The translations under genes were made by a program, and so were the position numbers. A stretch of 63,263 nt of DNA, counting the filler, from Stramenopiles sp. TOSAG23-6 (taxonomy: Eukaryota), in assembly GCA_900128565.1 (NCBI GenBank). It is 5 parts of 5 records of this genome, joined end to end, with 100 filler letters (N's around TTAATTAATTAA, not from the genome) between each part and the next. Parts side by side here need not be neighbours in the genome. Positions count along the whole stretch, not along the records: positions 12,723 to 25,332 come from LT636198.1; 4 more parts are not named here. The stretch is one strand, 5' to 3'. This document shows, piece by piece, positions 12,623 through 23,708 of this stretch (position 1 is the first letter of the stretch; each line of letters starts with the position of its first letter). The notes below the pieces were generated by a model that saw only the letters and a program-made list of their open reading frames with translations, ran no database searches and had not been told where the DNA came from.

Positions 12623-12722
12623 NNNNNNNNNNNNNNNNNNNNNNNNNNNNNNNNNNNNNNNNNNNNTTAATTAATTAANNNNNNNNNNNNNNNNNNNNNN
12701 NNNNNNNNNNNNNNNNNNNNNN
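12623..12722. other. Artificial contig linker
   Basis: N44-TTAATTAATTAA-N44. Confidence 0.98.
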
Positions 12723-12723
12723 A

Positions 12724-13800
12724 ATTGAACATGCTGGTAGTTCTACAGCACATGGCATTGGACGTGTTGCTCATGGTATTGGACATGCAGGGAGTGTCGC
12801 AATACATGGAATTGAACATGCAGGAAGTTCTACAGCACATGGCATTGGACGTGTTGCTCATGGTATTGAACATGCAGGAAGTTCCACAGCACATGGCATT
12901 GGACGTGTTGCACATGGTATTGGACATGTAGGTAGTGCCACATTACACGGAATTGAACATGCTGGTAGTTCTACAGCACATGGCATTGGACGTGTTGCTC
13001 ATGGTATTGGACATGCAGGGAGTGTCGCAATACATGGAATTGAACATGCAGGAAGTTCTACAGCACATGGCATTGGACGTGTTGCTCATGGTATTGAACA
13101 TGCAGGAAGTTCCACAGCACATGGCATTGGACGTGTTGCACATGGTATTGGACATGTAGGTAGTGCCACATTACACGGAATTGAACATGCTGGTAGTTCT
13201 ACAGCACATGGCATTGGACGTGTTGCTCATGGTGTTGGACATGCAGGTAGTGTTGCAATACATGGAATTGAACATGCAGGAAGTTCCACAGCACATGGCA
13301 TTGGACGTGTTGCTCATGGTATTGGACACGCAGGTAGTGCCACTGTTCACGGAATTGAACATGCTGGAAGGGCCACATTACATGGCATTGAACACGTCGG
13401 TAGTTCTACAGCACATGGCATTGGACGTGTTGCTCATGGTATTGAGCATGGTATCGAACATGCAGGAAAAGCCACAGTTCACGGAATTGAACATGCTGGA
13501 AGGGCCACATTACATGGAATCGAGCACGCAGGTAGTTCTACAGCACATGGCATTGGACGTGTTGCTCATGGTATTGGGCATGGTATCGAACACACAGGAA
13601 AAGCTACAGTTCACGGAATTGAACATGCTGGACGTGCCACAGTTCATGGAATTGAACATGCAGGTAGTTCTACAGCACATGGCATTGGACGTGTTGCTCA
13701 TGGTATTGAGCATGGGATTGGACACACAGGAAAAGCCACAGTTCACGAAATTGAACATGCTGGACGTGCCACAATACATGGCATCGAGCATGCAGGTGAA
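12724..13800 (+). repeat. Coding tandem repeat of 33-nt and 21-nt units
   Basis: Recurring CATGGCATTGGACGTGTTGCT and ATTGAACATGC units, with a near-exact ~228-nt higher-order duplication. Confidence 0.9.
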
Positions 13801-14331
13801 TCTATAGCCCATAGTATTAGACACAAAAGTAGTGTCCCAGAGCATGATATAGAACATATAGGTAGTACCACAGTTCATGAAATTGAAGATGNGNGTACTT
13901 CGATTGTGCCGCATCTCGATTATGCAAGTGCTTCAGTTGTGCANAATATTGGACACACCGGTCGTGTCAAAGTTCGCGACGTTANGCATNATGGTATCAC
14001 TGCGATGTATGAACCACATAGCCCATCTCATTTTTATGCAGAAGGTAAAAATAAAGTTAAGGATGTAAAGGATGCAGTGACTGTTGATAGTATGAATAAT
14101 ATACTGGATCAGTTACTCAATGAATATTCTCAGTGGGGGCTTAGAGAAGAAAGTACGAGTCCTAAAAAGAATGATGTTACTAGCCACAATATTTTAATCA
14201 ATAATTTAGGATACAAGGGAATGCAAAATAATTTAAATTCTCTACAACGAAAGAAAGGAATGAAAATAGAAAATCGNAAAAAGAAATATGTAAGTAAACA
14301 GAGTAAAACCCCAGTGCGATGGAGACACTAA
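12724..14331 (+). CDS. His/Gly-rich tandem-repeat protein, 5' partial
   Basis: Frame open from the gap: IEHAGSSTAHGIGRVAHGIGHAGSVAIHG... continuing into ORF 13906-14331. Confidence 0.75.
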   Translation: MEHAGSSTAHGIGRVAHGIGHAGSVAIHGIEHAGSSTAHGIGRVAHGIEHAGSSTAHGIGRVAHGIGHVGSATLHGIEHAGSSTAHGIGRVAHGIGHAGSVAIHGIEHAGSSTAHGIGRVAHGIEHAGSSTAHGIGRVAHGIGHVGSATLHGIEHAGSSTAHGIGRVAHGVGHAGSVAIHGIEHAGSSTAHGIGRVAHGIGHAGSATVHGIEHAGRATLHGIEHVGSSTAHGIGRVAHGIEHGIEHAGKATVHGIEHAGRATLHGIEHAGSSTAHGIGRVAHGIGHGIEHTGKATVHGIEHAGRATVHGIEHAGSSTAHGIGRVAHGIEHGIGHTGKATVHEIEHAGRATIHGIEHAGESIAHSIRHKSSVPEHDIEHIGSTTVHEIEDXXTSIVPHLDYASASVVXNIGHTGRVKVRDVXHXGITAMYEPHSPSHFYAEGKNKVKDVKDAVTVDSMNNILDQLLNEYSQWGLREESTSPKKNDVTSHNILINNLGYKGMQNNLNSLQRKKGMKIENXKKKYVSKQSKTPVRWRH

Positions 14332-14481
14332 ATCATCACACGTATAATGCCAATAAATAGATTTAAAATATATCAACAAATTTTTGTAATAATTGGTGGC
14401 GAAATTTCTGTAGACCAAGCAATGAAAAGAAGCGTAAATTATTCATGAAATATTTATTTTTTTAAATCTGTCTGCGATGAA

Positions 14482-16026
14482 TTATTCCAGATGCTTTTTC
14501 TTCCTTTTCGTTTTTTTTGTCTTCTTGGATTTCGATTCTATGTCAACCTCTTTCAGTTTCTGACGTCGGTGGATTTCCCCCATAAGTACTTTAAATTCCT
14601 CAAAGTCTATTACCCCATTTCCATCTTCATCTGCTATTTCGATAAGCTCCTTAACCTCTGCNAAATCAGCACCTTTTCCTAAACTTGCCATTACATTTGC
14701 AATTTCCTCTTCGTCGAGCTCGCCACTCCCATCTTTATCTATTGCATCAAATGTAGCCCTAAGTGTCTCATCTGAGAAACCATCTGCAAATATATCGGAA
14801 GAAAGCGCCGCTGAGAATAACTCTCCTCCACGATCTCTACCTTTCTCTTCAAGTTCTTCTGCTGCTATCATTTGGTCTATTTCGGCCATATCACGTTCAT
14901 ATGCATGAAGCATCGCCATTTGTGTATCTTCGGCAATCTTTTCGTTTTTGAATAAAGTTTCACCAATAGCCTTTAACTTGCCTAATGCTATGGCTTCTGC
15001 GCGAGCGTTTTGCCAATGTTTTTGTGTAGAATCTTCTTTGTCTTCAATAAGACTATCATCTTCTTCTTCCTGTAATTTTCGGCGAGTTTCGCGTTCTTTC
15101 TTCATTTGATCTCTTTTCGCTTTTTTTCGTGCTTTAGCTTGTGCGTGCTTCCTTTTCTCTCTCTTAAGTCTTTCAATCTGAGACTTTTCTCGTTCAACCT
15201 TCGATGATGGACTGTTGGGAGTAATGTCTTTTTGCCCCATAGTATCTGGATTATCAATTGCTACTGGATCGATTTCTTGGTCAGACGCATTGGTATCTTT
15301 ATAGTCTTCAATATCAATTAGCCCGTCACGTTTCATTGTGTCACTAATTATAATATCCTTTGGACACTTGCAAAATTTTGAGAGTGTATGTAATGCTGGA
15401 GGCCATGCAGAAGGCCGAGGGTGTAGGGCTGCACAAATTCGACGAAATGTATCAAAAAGGGACTTCCCCGTGAGAGGATCAACGGCAAGTTCGTCGAATA
15501 ATTGTTGATTTCGAAAGTGTTGCATGAGTAAGATTTGTTTCTTTGCCATTTGTTTGTCGTGTAAACTTCGAGAAGACAGCATAAATAAAGCAGCCTCTAA
15601 TAAAATATTCATCGAGTGGCAGGCACGATCCTCCATTTTAATTTTTTTGACCCGCTTATTCCACAATTTTACATCCCTGGTTAAGCACAATTCTTCAAAT
15701 ACTGGAGCAGTAGCTTTTGATTCTACCTCAATTGTTTCATCATCATCTGCCGCCGCTGTTTTCGAAGCTTCGCCACCATTACACGGACAAATAAAAATAG
15801 TACTTGCATCCTGAACTCCAATGCTTTCCAAAGTTTGACTCTCATCCAGCCGTTTACCAACCCAATATAGACGCATCATATGTGGTGGATACCCCCCTCG
15901 TCGCTTGAAAAGCTGCACTTTGATTTTACTAATTCTAGTGGTAGATTCCAACTCCAACACCTCTACTTTGTGCTGCCAAACTGACTGTGATGTCATCTCT
16001 TTGAAACGAACTTTAAGAAGTACCAT
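14482..16026 (-). CDS. Ubiquitin-like domain plus EF-hand pair protein
   Basis: N-terminal UBL (RLYWVGKRLDESQTLESIGV) and EF-hands DKDGSGELDEEE, DEDGNGVIDFEEF. Confidence 0.85.
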   Translation of the reverse strand: MVLLKVRFKEMTSQSVWQHKVEVLELESTTRISKIKVQLFKRRGGYPPHMMRLYWVGKRLDESQTLESIGVQDASTIFICPCNGGEASKTAAADDDETIEVESKATAPVFEELCLTRDVKLWNKRVKKIKMEDRACHSMNILLEAALFMLSSRSLHDKQMAKKQILLMQHFRNQQLFDELAVDPLTGKSLFDTFRRICAALHPRPSAWPPALHTLSKFCKCPKDIIISDTMKRDGLIDIEDYKDTNASDQEIDPVAIDNPDTMGQKDITPNSPSSKVEREKSQIERLKREKRKHAQAKARKKAKRDQMKKERETRRKLQEEEDDSLIEDKEDSTQKHWQNARAEAIALGKLKAIGETLFKNEKIAEDTQMAMLHAYERDMAEIDQMIAAEELEEKGRDRGGELFSAALSSDIFADGFSDETLRATFDAIDKDGSGELDEEEIANVMASLGKGADXAEVKELIEIADEDGNGVIDFEEFKVLMGEIHRRQKLKEVDIESKSKKTKKTKRKKKHLE

Positions 16027-16288
16027 AACGAGCAATCAACTCAATATCTTATACAATACTTTATTTCTATCACTCACTACATTTTTTTGTGAAAGCATAT
16101 TCCTAGATCCATTTATAATNATGACGACACATAGCTACTCAAATTGACTTACCTATGCTANTAGCTATANGTACTATAAGCATCCTAATAAATAACCGTT
16201 ACGTGAATTAATTCCAACATGTAACTGTTTCATTTCGAACACTGCGTTCCACTTTGAATCATTTTCTCTTTATTAATTATTAATAAAG

Positions 16289-19200
16289 ATGCAGAGAGAG
16301 ACACTATACCACGTCGAAGATGTCGGGAAACTTCTATTGAGTGTTGAAGAGGAGTTGAAAACATTGCGAAGGCAGCTCAATGAGAAGAACGACAACCGTG
16401 ACTCTTCAGCTTCAGCTGACCAACTCATTCGAAAAGCTGAAGCTGAACTTCGAGCAAAGGCAAAGATAGTATTGAAGGCTGTAACACAAAACTCAATAAG
16501 TACATTACCAACAATTCCCAGTGCAAGTAGAAGTGGTCGGTCAAAATCANAGAATCGATCAAATCAACGGCCCGTGGTGTATAGACAGAAACTGAGAACA
16601 AATACTGACCTAGAAGAAGAGATGAGTCAAAACGCAACTCGGGATCTTGCAAATATACAGAGACCAGGAAAGAGTGGTGAGATTGGTAAATTAATGTTTC
16701 GAGAAAAGTATGGCATCCATATTTCCGATAGTCCAACACAGAAAGTTGAGAAAATTAAACATCATGTTGTCGCAGCCCGTCGTCGCAAAGTAGTCGCGCC
16801 CATTAGGAGAATTGGGCCAACAGTTCGAGGTAAACCGTTGCCACCAGAAAATCGCACGAATGCGAAAGATGCACCTGCATTGCCTATCACTCAAAAAGAT
16901 ATTAGTAAAGGAATGTTTTCATTAGTAAATCGTGGAATTTTACCAAAAGCTGCTGATTTGACCCTAGCATTTTCCCGTGGTCCTGCACCACTAATTGCAG
17001 GTAGTATGACATGCCATGATTGGCAATCACAGTTTGAGCCAAGAAATTATAAAATTCCACATACAAGACGATCTACTTTTAATCCGCATACAGTCAAGTT
17101 AGATGTGAACCAATCTGTATTATCTCAGCGACGAGGGAAGAAAAGTACACAAAGCTTTCTTCAAAGTAAAAGTGCTCAGCCGAGAGTTGTTCAAATTGGT
17201 CATGAGCTAATCTCTAACCATACCATTTCTAACGAAAGTCAGCTGGAGAATCAAAATAATATGACCCATAAAACAAATAGAGGGCAATATGAAACGATTT
17301 CAAGTGATGAGAGTGGCGAAGCTCCTAATTTTGTTGATGAGATGGATCGTATAAGAGGATACAATGAATTGTTGGATAAACATTCACTTCATCAATTTAT
17401 AATTCGGAAAGGAAAAGTTTTGGATTCAACTCCAGAATTCTTATCATTCAAACGTACGCATGCTGTGATATGGGGACCCATTATAACCATTATTAGAAAA
17501 TTAGAAACTTATTTAGGTGACTATGCAGTACCAATAGCATATATAGATGGCCGTTTAGTTGTTGAACTAGCAAAAGATGAATTAAATATTCCTAACAATG
17601 ATGATTTATTAATGTGTATTGAAAATGTAGATGAAGTTCTTCCTTTGTTACAAATTCCAGGAAGAAGATATATGGGATCAAGTGGTCAAGAGGCTGCAGC
17701 GACAAAGTTACAATCGAAATATAGACAATATAAACAACANTGTTCCTTTAAAAATGGACAACTAAGAAATTCTGGTGCCGAAATTATTATCAATTTTATG
17801 CGTATGGTGTTAGAACGAAAACGATTTGTTAAAGTTGCCGCAGAATTGATGTCAACTCGCCAAGCAAAATGGCAAAAGTTACAGGAGAACTTCAATGCCA
17901 ACTGGGATACCATCAAAACCCATCGTAGAGTTATTGTTCACATTCCTTCTCTTTCATTATCCGAATTTCAACGAACAACTTTACCTCATTTTGCTTTACA
18001 ACAAAATTCACAACTCTCACGGATACTTGAAATTGCCGATCCAAATGTAGAAGTTGTGTATGTAGCCCCATTTGAGTTGAAGGATAAGATCCGGCAATAT
18101 TTAGATAAAATCCTACAGAGTGGTGAAGTACAAACCCCTGGGCTACGTTTTAAAATTGTAGTACCCGAAAATTCTGAAAGATTTTCACCATATATGTCTC
18201 TATCAACACAACTATTATACTCTCCTAGAACAATTAAAAGAATTAAACATTATTGTAAAGGAAAAAGAGGATATATAGTACCACGTGTTGTAAGCATTGA
18301 AGAAAAAAAACTTGCACTTTCTTTAGACCTCCCAATTCTTGGATCATCACCAGAAGTATTTGAGTTATACTCTTCTCTTTCAGGAAGTAAATCCATTTTT
18401 AATGCTGCAAATGTTCTAACAGCTCCCGGGGCACACGATATTTACGACGAGGATGAAATTTTACTTACTCTATCCCACTTGATATCAGCTGAACCTCTGA
18501 CTGAACGTTGGCTAATAAAACTTAATCATGAAACCGATGGCCGTGGGTACGCATACTTTACTCCTGAAATTTTACCCTGTATATACAAAATTCGGATGGA
18601 ATACCGGCAGCACAAAGATAATAAAGAATATTGGTCTCGCGTTAGTATTCAAGAAAGAGTACAAAATCGAATATTTAGGGATTTAAAACTGAATCTATCA
18701 AAAACATTAAAAATTTGTGCTCCTCAAGTATATTCAACATATAAAGAGTTTATCGGTTGGATTTCAGTCCATGGGTGTGTTGTAGAAGGTATACCTGGAA
18801 CTGTAATCGGCAACCCTACAGTGAATATATTTNTTGAACCTTCAGGACCCGTACATGTTCTGAATACACATGAGTTGGTTTGCGATGAAAAATATCAGCC
18901 AGTTCTCTCAATATTTCCACAGCGATCCGTTCCACATGAAGCAATTCATAGAATAGCAAAGTCTATAGGTAAAGTTTTGCGTGATCGCAAAGTATTTGGA
19001 TATGCTCAGGTAAAGCTTGTCGCATTTCAGCTACAAGAGGAGAAATTGAGGATGTGGGCTGTTGGATTAGAACTTGGATATTCACGCACTCATGCATCTT
19101 TTGCAACTTTTAATTTTTTAATGAAAGGACAATTTGATTCTCTAGGAGGTAGATATTTAGTACCTTCAACACAAGGAAATAACACCAAATACCATGATAA

Positions 19201-19657
19201 TATTTCAAACGAAGATGATAAAGATAATAGAGAAGAAAATGAAATTATTAGTAAAGAAAGAAGAAGCAATAATAAACAATGGGAACCGAGAACGTATGCT
19301 TCTGTTGATATTTTATACCACCAATGTCTTACATCTGTACGATTTGATACATTTTTCGACCAATGTAGAGTTCATGGCGTATCTTATGATTTAAAAGATC
19401 GTAGTGGGTGTATATTCTCTTTGTATGATTCGCTAGCATCCGGAGTGTTGGGAATACACACTGTGGCACCACGCCGGAGACTTGCACTGGACATAATGCG
19501 AAATGCTTTCATATTTATTAGACGGCAGATTGGAGGAGGGAGACCCAAGACAGAGTTTGAGGATGAAAGCAGTAACTTTGAGAGATCTCAGAGGCAAGTG
19601 CGTTTGATATTGAAAGAATATAAGGACACAGAGGATAATAAGAATAGCACATCATAG
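16289..19657 (+). CDS. IQCH: IQ motif-containing protein H-like
   Basis: IQ motif AATKLQSKYR and the VIVHIPSLS...DPNVEVVYV block. 1122 aa, intronless. Confidence 0.8.
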   Translation: MQRETLYHVEDVGKLLLSVEEELKTLRRQLNEKNDNRDSSASADQLIRKAEAELRAKAKIVLKAVTQNSISTLPTIPSASRSGRSKSXNRSNQRPVVYRQKLRTNTDLEEEMSQNATRDLANIQRPGKSGEIGKLMFREKYGIHISDSPTQKVEKIKHHVVAARRRKVVAPIRRIGPTVRGKPLPPENRTNAKDAPALPITQKDISKGMFSLVNRGILPKAADLTLAFSRGPAPLIAGSMTCHDWQSQFEPRNYKIPHTRRSTFNPHTVKLDVNQSVLSQRRGKKSTQSFLQSKSAQPRVVQIGHELISNHTISNESQLENQNNMTHKTNRGQYETISSDESGEAPNFVDEMDRIRGYNELLDKHSLHQFIIRKGKVLDSTPEFLSFKRTHAVIWGPIITIIRKLETYLGDYAVPIAYIDGRLVVELAKDELNIPNNDDLLMCIENVDEVLPLLQIPGRRYMGSSGQEAAATKLQSKYRQYKQXCSFKNGQLRNSGAEIIINFMRMVLERKRFVKVAAELMSTRQAKWQKLQENFNANWDTIKTHRRVIVHIPSLSLSEFQRTTLPHFALQQNSQLSRILEIADPNVEVVYVAPFELKDKIRQYLDKILQSGEVQTPGLRFKIVVPENSERFSPYMSLSTQLLYSPRTIKRIKHYCKGKRGYIVPRVVSIEEKKLALSLDLPILGSSPEVFELYSSLSGSKSIFNAANVLTAPGAHDIYDEDEILLTLSHLISAEPLTERWLIKLNHETDGRGYAYFTPEILPCIYKIRMEYRQHKDNKEYWSRVSIQERVQNRIFRDLKLNLSKTLKICAPQVYSTYKEFIGWISVHGCVVEGIPGTVIGNPTVNIFXEPSGPVHVLNTHELVCDEKYQPVLSIFPQRSVPHEAIHRIAKSIGKVLRDRKVFGYAQVKLVAFQLQEEKLRMWAVGLELGYSRTHASFATFNFLMKGQFDSLGGRYLVPSTQGNNTKYHDNISNEDDKDNREENEIISKERRSNNKQWEPRTYASVDILYHQCLTSVRFDTFFDQCRVHGVSYDLKDRSGCIFSLYDSLASGVLGIHTVAPRRRLALDIMRNAFIFIRRQIGGGRPKTEFEDESSNFERSQRQVRLILKEYKDTEDNKNSTS

Positions 19658-19727
19658 TTCAAATAATAAAATGATATTGAAAATACGATATTAGTTATTT
19701 TTATGGAATTGAGTGAAGTTATATTTA

Positions 19728-21761
19728 TCAATAAGTATTTAGGTGTTTTTCAATATGCATTCTTCTCCTATGACGAGCTTTCCGTAATACTTCCCGCATC
19801 TCAGATAAATGATTATCTATTTTGATCTTGTCAACATTTCGATATTCTTCGTGTATTCGAGAATAATCTATCTTGTGATGATGTAACCCAGTAACATTAA
19901 CAGGATTGACACCTCCGTCTTTTACAACATCTTCTCTAAACGATGTTTTCCCGGAAACATTACTGATTTTAGTGGGGCGATCACTATTGTTTGATCCTCT
20001 TCCTTTCGCTCTTAGAGACCTCATTCTTGGTGTTGCAAACCTATTACGATTACTGACTCCAAGGACATTACCATGATATGTGTGGATTTTCCTGTCAAAC
20101 CGAAATCTGCTTGATTTAGACTTTAAATAATTTACTTCTTTTTTATCACTATTTGTATCATCATTTAAAATGTTGGCTCGCTTAAGACCCAAGAGAGTAT
20201 TTGCCAGGGCTATATTGGTATTTGCATAACTATTTGTATCGTTTGCATTACTATTTTCATTATTATTGTCATCATTAACATTGTCATTATTATTATTATC
20301 ATCGTTATTATTATCATTGCTATTATTATCATTATCATTATCATTATTTTTGACATTAGAATTACCATCATTTTTATTAGCATAACTATTTGTATCGTTT
20401 GTATTACTCTTTTCATTATTATTGTCATCATTGATATTATCATTGTTATTATTATCATTGTTATTATTATCATTATTATTGACGTTAGAATTATCAACAT
20501 TATTATTAGCATCATCATTTGAAACGTAAATATTTGTCTTAGTCAAGTTTGATTTCATTTTGAACGGTTGAGATTTGTAATCAAGTGTCAAATCTTCCTG
20601 ATGGTCCCATAAAATATCTCCATCTAATTCAATTTCTGAGTCAAAATCCACAATATTTTCTTGATCTAATTGCGAACTCTCTCCGACAAACATTGCAAAT
20701 TGTTTTCTTGCCAAGTTTAGTGCGTCTTTCTTTTCTTCTTCATTTTGAAGGGGTTTATCTGTAGTATCAGTAGTATCTGTAGTATCTGTAGTATCTGTAT
20801 TATCTGTATTATCTGTATTATTTATTTGTAAACATTTACCTGACATTGGCTCTGATATTGATGATATTTTTTGTTCGTTAATTTTTTTACTGCGGCTCTT
20901 TCTTCTTAACTCACTTAATTGAAGCCCTAGTTTATGTTTTTGTATGGCATAAGGCGACGGTCTCGGAGGCGGACACGGTGCCAACTTTGCAGTCGACTTT
21001 TGAATGTGTTGTGATGTTTGTGGTGGCGGAGGGGTGATTGGTGGAGATATTTCACTAAAATCTTCTTTTATTGTACCATTGTTTTTTTTCTGATGTTCCT
21101 GTAAATTATTGATTTCTTCCATTTCGCTGCCAGAATTTGATATTGTTTGAATTGTTCGGCTTTTAGATGTAAACGNTGAATTTTGTATTGGTTTATTCTC
21201 TGTTTTAATTCTGCGTAGAGAGACACTATTGATTAAACTATTCATCGTCTGTTGNGTCTTTTCTTCAGGAGTNTGNACTTTGGTTCTTACATCTATTTGT
21301 TTAAAATCTACGGTGCTATCGTTTGATGTACCCGCCTTTAACATCAAATAGTCCTCCCATTGCTCTACACTATACTCTGCAATACCTTTTGCAGTATTAT
21401 AACACCTAGCCGCGTGATATTGCAGTTCATTCTTTGGTAGAGGGAGCTTTCGTAGACGAAGTCTTTCAGCGAACTTTTTCCGACGAAAGTTCTCTTCACC
21501 AGCTCCCTTTGAAAGCCATTTTGGTGTTTCACTTTTATCAAAATCTTCGTCTTCATCTTTTTTTGTGGTACTATTTAGCTTTGCATTTATAGTAATAGTA
21601 TGGACATTAACTAAATGATGGCTATCCTCCTCGCCAGCACCAGATATTGCTGACATTGTTACTGTATGAGGGGCCACACTTATACGGTTACCTGATACGC
21701 TCCGCTTTTTCTTCAACTTTGGTCGACCCCAGAACTTCTCACCAAATATTGTGAGTGACAT
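19728..21761 (-). CDS. Hypothetical low-complexity (Asn/Asp-rich) protein
   Basis: Long ORF with NNND repeats and TDT repeats. Confidence 0.7.
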   Translation of the reverse strand: MSLTIFGEKFWGRPKLKKKRSVSGNRISVAPHTVTMSAISGAGEEDSHHLVNVHTITINAKLNSTTKKDEDEDFDKSETPKWLSKGAGEENFRRKKFAERLRLRKLPLPKNELQYHAARCYNTAKGIAEYSVEQWEDYLMLKAGTSNDSTVDFKQIDVRTKXXTPEEKXQQTMNSLINSVSLRRIKTENKPIQNSXFTSKSRTIQTISNSGSEMEEINNLQEHQKKNNGTIKEDFSEISPPITPPPPQTSQHIQKSTAKLAPCPPPRPSPYAIQKHKLGLQLSELRRKSRSKKINEQKISSISEPMSGKCLQINNTDNTDNTDTTDTTDTTDTTDKPLQNEEEKKDALNLARKQFAMFVGESSQLDQENIVDFDSEIELDGDILWDHQEDLTLDYKSQPFKMKSNLTKTNIYVSNDDANNNVDNSNVNNNDNNNNDNNNNDNINDDNNNEKSNTNDTNSYANKNDGNSNVKNNDNDNDNNSNDNNNDDNNNNDNVNDDNNNENSNANDTNSYANTNIALANTLLGLKRANILNDDTNSDKKEVNYLKSKSSRFRFDRKIHTYHGNVLGVSNRNRFATPRMRSLRAKGRGSNNSDRPTKISNVSGKTSFREDVVKDGGVNPVNVTGLHHHKIDYSRIHEEYRNVDKIKIDNHLSEMREVLRKARHRRRMHIEKHLNTY

Positions 21762-22046
21762 TTTCAAATATCTATTATAACATTGCTACTGTATTATATT
21801 CTCTAATTACAAGCTATGAAAGATACGCGCTGATCAGATCGAATAAATTGCGATTTCGGACGTTAATTTTCGTAACTGTTACATTCTCTCTCGCTTTTGT
21901 ACTACCTTCAGTAGTTGTATACAAGCTATAGCTTTAACAAAATAACAACTTTATCGTACAATAAAAATTAAATTGAGGAGCCGAATTTTTAAAGCTGATG
22001 TTACATCTAATTTGCTGTGCACGTTGAAGCTTAGTTTATATCGAGA

Positions 22047-23392
22047 ATGTCAATTCCGAAAAATAATGCAAGTACTTTGGATAGAATGCTCACTGGTGGC
22101 AAATATGTATCAAAACCTATAGACGTGCTAGATATGCGAAACATTGCACCAATCACATCTAAGCAGGCAGTCGAGATGGCACTGGATCTTAAATTTCAAC
22201 TAGATCATCGATTATCTTTCAAGTCAATTCCATTAAAATCAAAATATAGGGATTGCGCCGCCGCTTACGAAGAGATATCTAGAATGTACCAAATAGCGCA
22301 TGAGTGGGAAGCGGCAGCTGATGCTATGGCACTCGTCGCAAAATTCCATGTTTCACTAGAAAAAACTTTAGAAGCCGCGACATATTTTGAAGAAACTGCT
22401 CAGTTCTACAAACGTGCTAAACTTGAGCCAGAATATGTTGAGCACCAAGAAAAAGCCATTTTGCTATATGTTGAAGGTGGAAATCTCAGTGACGCAGCAG
22501 CTTTAGAGGAAGTTCTTGCTGAGCTTTCTAATTCTGCCATGGAAACTCAAGAAGCACTAGAGCATTATGATCGTGCAGCCTTATATCTACGCGAAGATGG
22601 TGAACTTATAAAGGGTGCTCATATAAGTGTATGATTTCATTTTAATTTCGGATTTTTTTTTTTTTTTCATAGAAAATTTTGTACTTATATGTTTTTTTTT
22701 GAAATATTTCTCAGAATACATGCATATGTGGCTGAACTTTCAGGACAAGCAGAAGAATATGAAAGATCTCGAAATGAGTTTGTTCGTGTGGCAAATGTAA
22801 TGTTGATGCATAACTTAACCCAGTTCAATTCTCGTGAATACTTGTTAAATGCATGTATTTGTCAATTACTTTTGAGCGAGGAAATAGAAGTGGATAGCTA
22901 TGTATGTGACTCTCTCATACATTTCAAAGTTCTGTTTATACTAAATTTTGTGCTTAAAAAATTTTTCACTAAAACAAAATATTTTTCACAATACATAAAC
23001 TGAAAAAACACTGCACAGAATTTATTAAAGAGTGTTGCACTATAGATTGTATGTTTGGTTCTACAAGAGAATGTAAGTTTATGTATGATTTGCTTGAAGC
23101 GTATTTAGTTCCATCAATGGATGATTTTGCAGATCATGTCTACAATTTTGATTCTGTGGTACAACTCAATTATTGGCGGCTGACAATGTTAAACAGAATA
23201 AAAAAAAGTATCGCATTTGAGTTAGATATTGAATTAACTGATGATAGTGATATAAGCGACTACTCCTCCGAAGATGAATCTGAATATGAGTCAGATGAGG
23301 ATGACAGTGAATACACAGAAGCTGAAGATGATGATGGTTATGGCGAGGATATTGTCAGTGATAATGATGAAATTTCAGTGACGTCAAAATAA
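22047..23392 (+). CDS. Alpha-SNAP-like (NSF attachment protein) TPR protein; exons 22047-22628, 22722-22901, 22997-23392
   Basis: Helical SNAP-like repeats. Splicing restores ID.MFGSTRECKF; acidic C-terminal tail. Confidence 0.75.
22629..22721 (+). mobile_element. Introner-family intron, GT-AT, 93 nt
   Basis: AGT|GTATGA...CAGAATACAT|GCA. The nearby CAG would give a frameshift and stop. Confidence 0.8.
22902..22996 (+). mobile_element. Introner-family intron (diverged), GT-AT, 95 nt
   Basis: TAT|GTATGT...ATATTTTTCACAATACAT|AAA. Restores the frame. Confidence 0.8.
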
Positions 23393-23708
23393 ATCAATTA
23401 ATTTTACATTTTTTATTCTTCATTGCCTAGCCATTAGGGTTAGGGTTAAATATTTTGGATCACGTGTAAAAAAAAGTTTTTACGAGTCAGTCCAAAATCT
23501 CAAATCGAAGTGTTCTCGAACGACTTTTTACGTCTTCTTTTTGCAAACCATCACACTCTCTGATTCTCACTCGAGACATAGTTCTGTAAAGAGATCGTAC
23601 AATTAGCACAGACTGCATCATTCTACCTATACCCATTGTCTCGTTGTACATCAGTGAAAGATTGGAGATTTTGCGAAACCAAATTAGTGCGGTAGGCCAT
23701 CTTTGAAT

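Noticed and set aside
12623-12722. TTAATTAATTAA between N runs (also at 25333, 38028, 50663)
   Set aside because: Identical 100-nt artificial contig spacers. Gene adjacency across them is meaningless.
12724-13800. Regular repeats resembling a CRISPR array
   Set aside because: No unique spacers, unit lengths are multiples of 3, they encode a protein repeat, and there are no cas genes.
12667-13914. Met/Cys-rich ORFs on alternative frames and strands
   Set aside because: Shadow frames of the coding repeat.
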